Origin: Candidatus Hydrogenedentota bacterium
GTDB lineage: Bacteria; Hydrogenedentota; Hydrogenedentia; Hydrogenedentales; SLHB01
DNA length: 64,000 bases
Direction of reading: 5' to 3'
NCBI GenBank assembly: GCA_045863295.1
Contig: BTWA01000005.1
Location: 168,154 to 232,153 of the forward strand
Shown here: positions 60,942 to 64,000 of the stretch, one piece after another
Position numbering within the stretch: the first letter of the stretch is position 1
Layout: every line of letters begins with the position of its first letter
Program-made: the position numbers and the translations under genes
Notes under the pieces: generated by a model
The model's database searches: none
Told to the model about the DNA's origin: nothing
The model's input: the letters and a program-made list of their open reading frames with translations, nothing else

Positions 60942-61406
60942 ATGCTGAATTCCGCTCATGCCCTGACCGCTGGTTTTGAAGTGGTGACGCGCCACATAGT
61001 CATGGAAAAAGACCTGAACGCGTACGGCAACGTGTTTGGCGGCACAATGCTGGCATGGCTCGATGAAGCCGCGGCGTTGTTCGCGATGGAATCAACGGGT
61101 TACCCGAACATGGTGACCGTCAATTTGAACAACGTCGATTTCCGGGCGCCTGCCCGCCGGGGTGATACCGTTGTGATTTATGCCAAGTCGTTGAAGACTG
61201 GCCGGTCTTCGTTGACACTGGATACGATGGCCTTGGTTCACGACCATGCGCTGGACGAGAAGCGGTTGGTGATACATTGTGAAGTCACGTTTGTCTGTCT
61301 GAAGGATGGAAAGCCGTACGCCTACTTTTCGTCGCCGGAGTATCAGGCCCGCGCAGCATCAGCACAGAGTAAATCACCGGATATCGATCAGCCCGTCGTT
61401 ACGTGA
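60942..61406 (+). CDS. Acyl-CoA thioesterase (hotdog fold, YciA-like)
   Basis: DLNAYGNVFGGTMLAWLDEAA, VTV, GRSSL. Confidence 0.88.
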   Translation: MLNSAHALTAGFEVVTRHIVMEKDLNAYGNVFGGTMLAWLDEAAALFAMESTGYPNMVTVNLNNVDFRAPARRGDTVVIYAKSLKTGRSSLTLDTMALVHDHALDEKRLVIHCEVTFVCLKDGKPYAYFSSPEYQARAASAQSKSPDIDQPVVT

Positions 61407-61831
61407 ATGATGGAGTCACGTTCCTGCCGCATGATAGTGATGGTGAGCGACCGGGATTCCTTGATAAACGTCGCCATGTAGAGGGTGTCCCCTGGCGTCC
61501 CGCTTGTATCTTTTTCCTGCCACCCCTGGGATTTGGCTGCGGCTCTGAGATGCTCCGCAATTTCGGCCGGCGATTCAGTGCTCACGGCTTCAACATCGTA
61601 GGTTCCGGCCCGGGCGATCGCGCTGACTTGTCGGATAGTCCAATTTTCGTAGAGGGGCACATCTTTCGGAAACTCATCGGGAATGGTTTGGCCAAATTGA
61701 ACGACTTCGTTCGCGGGCACCATCTCTGGGGCCTCTGGTAGTTTCGCCGGTTCATTTTCCGGTCGGGAATCGCATCCGCACAGAGCGAAGCCAATACTGA
61801 ATGCCATCAGCGCGGATTTGAACACGTTCAT
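61388..61831 (-). CDS. Hypothetical lipoprotein
   Basis: Lipobox LCGC; IPDEFPKDVPLY, AKSQGW. Confidence 0.65.
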   Translation of the reverse strand: MNVFKSALMAFSIGFALCGCDSRPENEPAKLPEAPEMVPANEVVQFGQTIPDEFPKDVPLYENWTIRQVSAIARAGTYDVEAVSTESPAEIAEHLRAAAKSQGWQEKDTSGTPGDTLYMATFIKESRSLTITIMRQERDSIIHVTTG

Positions 61832-61897
61832 TGCAAAAGCTCCCGTACTTGCGTTGCTTCCTTATCAGCATATCCGAGGTCTCTCGTCCCGTAAACG

Positions 61898-61937
61898 AAA
61901 AACCGCGAACCGGCCTTATGGGCTGGTTCGCGGTTTT
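61898..61937 (-). terminator. Intrinsic terminator
   Basis: AAAACCGCGAACCGGCC-ttatg-GGCTGGTTCGCGGTTTT just downstream of 61958..62455. Confidence 0.8.
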
Positions 61938-61957
61938 ATCAGAATACACAGAAAACG

Positions 61958-62455
61958 TTATTGAACTTTGTCCAACGGGGCGCCTTCGTAGGTGATCTTG
62001 TCACCTTCGATCGTGGCGGTGTATTCACCCATGTCGGCGGAACCGATGGTCAGATTCGCACCGTCGATCTTCCAAGTGCCCTCGGCCTCGTCGTTAATCT
62101 TCAATTTGCCATCAGCGAGGAATTCAAAGTTGTACATGCCCTGGTAGGACCACTTTGTGCCAACCAGTGATTCCGCTGTAATGGCGCCAGCCGGAGCGGC
62201 AGCAGCGTCAGCAGCCGGAGCGGCAGCAGCGTCAGCGGCCGGGGCGGCAGCAACGTCAGCGGCCGGTTCGGCGGCCGGTTCGGCGGCGGGTTCAGCAGCG
62301 GGTTCAGCAGCGGGTTCAGCAGCGGGTTCAGCAGCGGGCGCAGCGGCATCACTCGGCGCAGCCGAGTCCGTGGCTTTGGGTCCGCAGCCAACGGTCAACA
62401 TGGTGACGGCGAACAACAGACAAAAGATTGGTACGAAGCGGCGAAACGTGCTCAT
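61958..62455 (-). CDS. Lipoprotein with an Ala/Pro-rich linker and a small beta domain
   Basis: Lipobox TVGC; (PAAE)n and (PAADAAAA)n; LVGTKW...F..DG...GTWKIDG; AAGGAGG RBS. Confidence 0.8.
   Translation of the reverse strand: MSTFRRFVPIFCLLFAVTMLTVGCGPKATDSAAPSDAAAPAAEPAAEPAAEPAAEPAAEPAAEPAADVAAAPAADAAAAPAADAAAAPAGAITAESLVGTKWSYQGMYNFEFLADGKLKINDEAEGTWKIDGANLTIGSADMGEYTATIEGDKITYEGAPLDKVQ
62190..62345 (-). repeat. Coding tandem repeats (12-bp and 24-bp units)
   Basis: GCGGGTTCAGCA x4 exact plus degenerate copies; GCCGGAGCGGCAGCAGCGTCAGC x2 plus one degenerate copy. Confidence 0.85.
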
Positions 62456-62608
62456 GATGTGGCGGGCCTCCTTAGCTAACGGTCAGTAGCAATTGGAACC
62501 ATTCCCCAAGTAAAGCGCAGACCGGGTTGGCTGCACAGACCGCCTAGAGTATCAAAATAATGCGAAAAGTTCAATGTGGAAACGCCTAGTGTGATGGAAA
62601 ACTGTCGT

Positions 62609-63454
62609 TCAGAAGCCTGCAAAAGGCGGCTGATGCTCGATAAAGCACGCATAAGGCATGTGGGCCGTGTTTCTCGCAATGCCAACTGCTCCGGTGACAC
62701 TCAAGCAGATTATGCCCCCTTTGCCGTTGGCGTACTGTGCAAGCATTTCGATCCCCAACGAAGCGGCTTCGGCAGGAGCAGTGCCAGATCGAATGTGATC
62801 TCCCACGCGCGCTGCCAACAATGCCCGCATAATTGATTCGCCCTGTCCAGTAGCCGAAATGCCACACACACCGTCGGCATAGGCACCGCTGCCAAACAAC
62901 GGGGAATCACCGACGCGGCCCGGCCACTTTCCTCGTATGCCTCCCGTGGAAGTGGCGGCGGCCATGCGTCCTTGACCGTCGAGTGCGACGGCGCCCACGG
63001 TATCTCCCGGAGGTGGAAAGCCGGTCTGAGACGGAACGGCGACCAAATCCTCGTTGGCGACCGCCCGAAATCCCTGCTCTTCGGCAAAAGTGTTTGCCCC
63101 TTGACCAACAAGGAAACAGTGCGGCGACTTATCCAAGACTTGCCGCGCGATGGACACAGGGTGAATCTGGCCGGTCAACGCGGCTACAGCACCAAAATTC
63201 TGCTTGTGTCCGTCGGCGACAATCGCATCCATCTCGGCAACTCCATCGCGCGTGGGATGTGCGCCGATACCCGCATTGAAGATTGGGTTTGATTCTAATT
63301 CGCGAACAGCTGCTTCCACAGCATCCAGTGCGCTGCCGCCATTCTCCAAATGGATGCGACCCGCCGCGACGGCATCAAGACACCCGGTTTCGGCACGGAC
63401 TTTCATGTCGTCCGGCCAGGCGCCAGCGCCTCCATGCACAATCAAGGCGATCAC
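62609..63454 (-). CDS. iaaA: Isoaspartyl peptidase / L-asparaginase (Ntn hydrolase)
   Basis: IVHGGAG, FNAGIG, EMDA, GD|TVGAV autocleavage site, TSTGG, GRVGDSP, SATGQGE. Confidence 0.9.
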   Translation of the reverse strand: MIALIVHGGAGAWPDDMKVRAETGCLDAVAAGRIHLENGGSALDAVEAAVRELESNPIFNAGIGAHPTRDGVAEMDAIVADGHKQNFGAVAALTGQIHPVSIARQVLDKSPHCFLVGQGANTFAEEQGFRAVANEDLVAVPSQTGFPPPGDTVGAVALDGQGRMAAATSTGGIRGKWPGRVGDSPLFGSGAYADGVCGISATGQGESIMRALLAARVGDHIRSGTAPAEAASLGIEMLAQYANGKGGIICLSVTGAVGIARNTAHMPYACFIEHQPPFAGF

Positions 63455-63458
63455 GACA

Positions 63459-63896
63459 TTAACCCATCGCGTTCGCAATGCGCCGTGCATTCGTATCAAG
63501 TTCATCGCGACGTGGCAGATTGCCGTAATGAAGCGGAAACCTCAAACCGAATTCATCGCCTCGTGTGCGAGGAAGCACATGCAAATGAACGTGAAACACT
63601 TCCTGCATCGCGACCTCTCCGTCTGCCAGGAAGAGATTGATACCCTCGCACGGAATACCGGAGTGCCGTAGCCCTTCCGCCACTCGCATGGCAACTTGGA
63701 ACAACCGGCCACCCATGTCGGGATTGAGCGTCTTCAGGTAGGGCGCGTGCACTTTTGGAATAACCAGGGCATGCCCCGGGTTTACCGGCCGGATGTCCAT
63801 AAAGGCGCAACAAAGTTCGTCTTCGAAGATCGTACTGACCGGCGCATCGCCTTCCAGTATGGCGCAAAAGATGCAGTTCTCTCTCGCCTCTTTCAT
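63459..63896 (-). CDS. HIT family protein
   Basis: CIFC, FMDIRPVNPGHALVIPK, QEVFHVHLHVLPR. Confidence 0.93.
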   Translation of the reverse strand: MKEARENCIFCAILEGDAPVSTIFEDELCCAFMDIRPVNPGHALVIPKVHAPYLKTLNPDMGGRLFQVAMRVAEGLRHSGIPCEGINLFLADGEVAMQEVFHVHLHVLPRTRGDEFGLRFPLHYGNLPRRDELDTNARRIANAMG

Positions 63897-64000
63897 CGGG
63901 CAGGCCCCAAAACACGGCCAGCCACGGCATCGAGATGCTTGAGCACTTTGGGATCGCGTGCGTCGGGGGCCGTTATCAACGCGTTGTCCAGCGAATTCAG
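63893..64000 (-). CDS. 3' end of a gene entering from beyond the window
   Basis: Open frame LNSLDNALITAPDARDPKVLKHLDAVAGRVLGPAR* whose TGA overlaps the HIT ATG (ATGA). Confidence 0.55.
   Translation of the reverse strand: MNSLDNALITAPDARDPKVLKHLDAVAGRVLGPAR

Noticed and set aside
62157..62489. Plus-strand Ala/Gly/Ser-repeat ORF, or CRISPR-like repeats
   Set aside because: Antisense shadow of the lipoprotein linker; the repeats are contiguous with no spacers and there are no cas genes.

Overview
A gene-dense, moderately GC-rich bacterial chromosomal window with about 55 CDS. I see no rRNA, tRNA, CRISPR array, transposase or phage gene. The gene content suggests a PVC/FCB-type or Candidatus Hydrogenedentota-like organism (inference only): DUF1080, ceramidase-fold and sulfatase-fold paralogues, exported HEAT proteins and a GldA/F/G-DUF4340 ABC system. 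Housekeeping genes are ilvA, mfd, fabI, lgt, yebC, ruvC, an isoaspartyl peptidase/asparaginase and a HIT protein. Accessory content: (1) a PTS EIIA / EIIA-CBS / ArsB-NhaD transporter module; (2) a minor type IV pilin cluster whose 746-aa PilX/ComZ-like subunit carries a lone CxxCH (heme c-type) motif, flanked by a membrane-bound Thr-type sulfatase-fold enzyme and a GT2; (3) a stand-alone Cys/His zinc-ribbon microprotein behind a sigma-54-like promoter; (4) two paralogous secreted beta-propeller + helical-barrel proteins bracketing a GH30 operon; (5) a thrombospondin type 3 repeat surface protein with a C-terminal TM + basic tail; (6) a sigma-54-preceded NagD-like phosphatase; (7) two Tat-exported sulfatases; (8) a myo-inositol oxygenase with neighbouring transporters; (9) a degenerate REC-HD-GYP protein; (10) two 49-aa microproteins with strong ribosome-binding sites. 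All family assignments come from reading motifs by eye; no database search was run.
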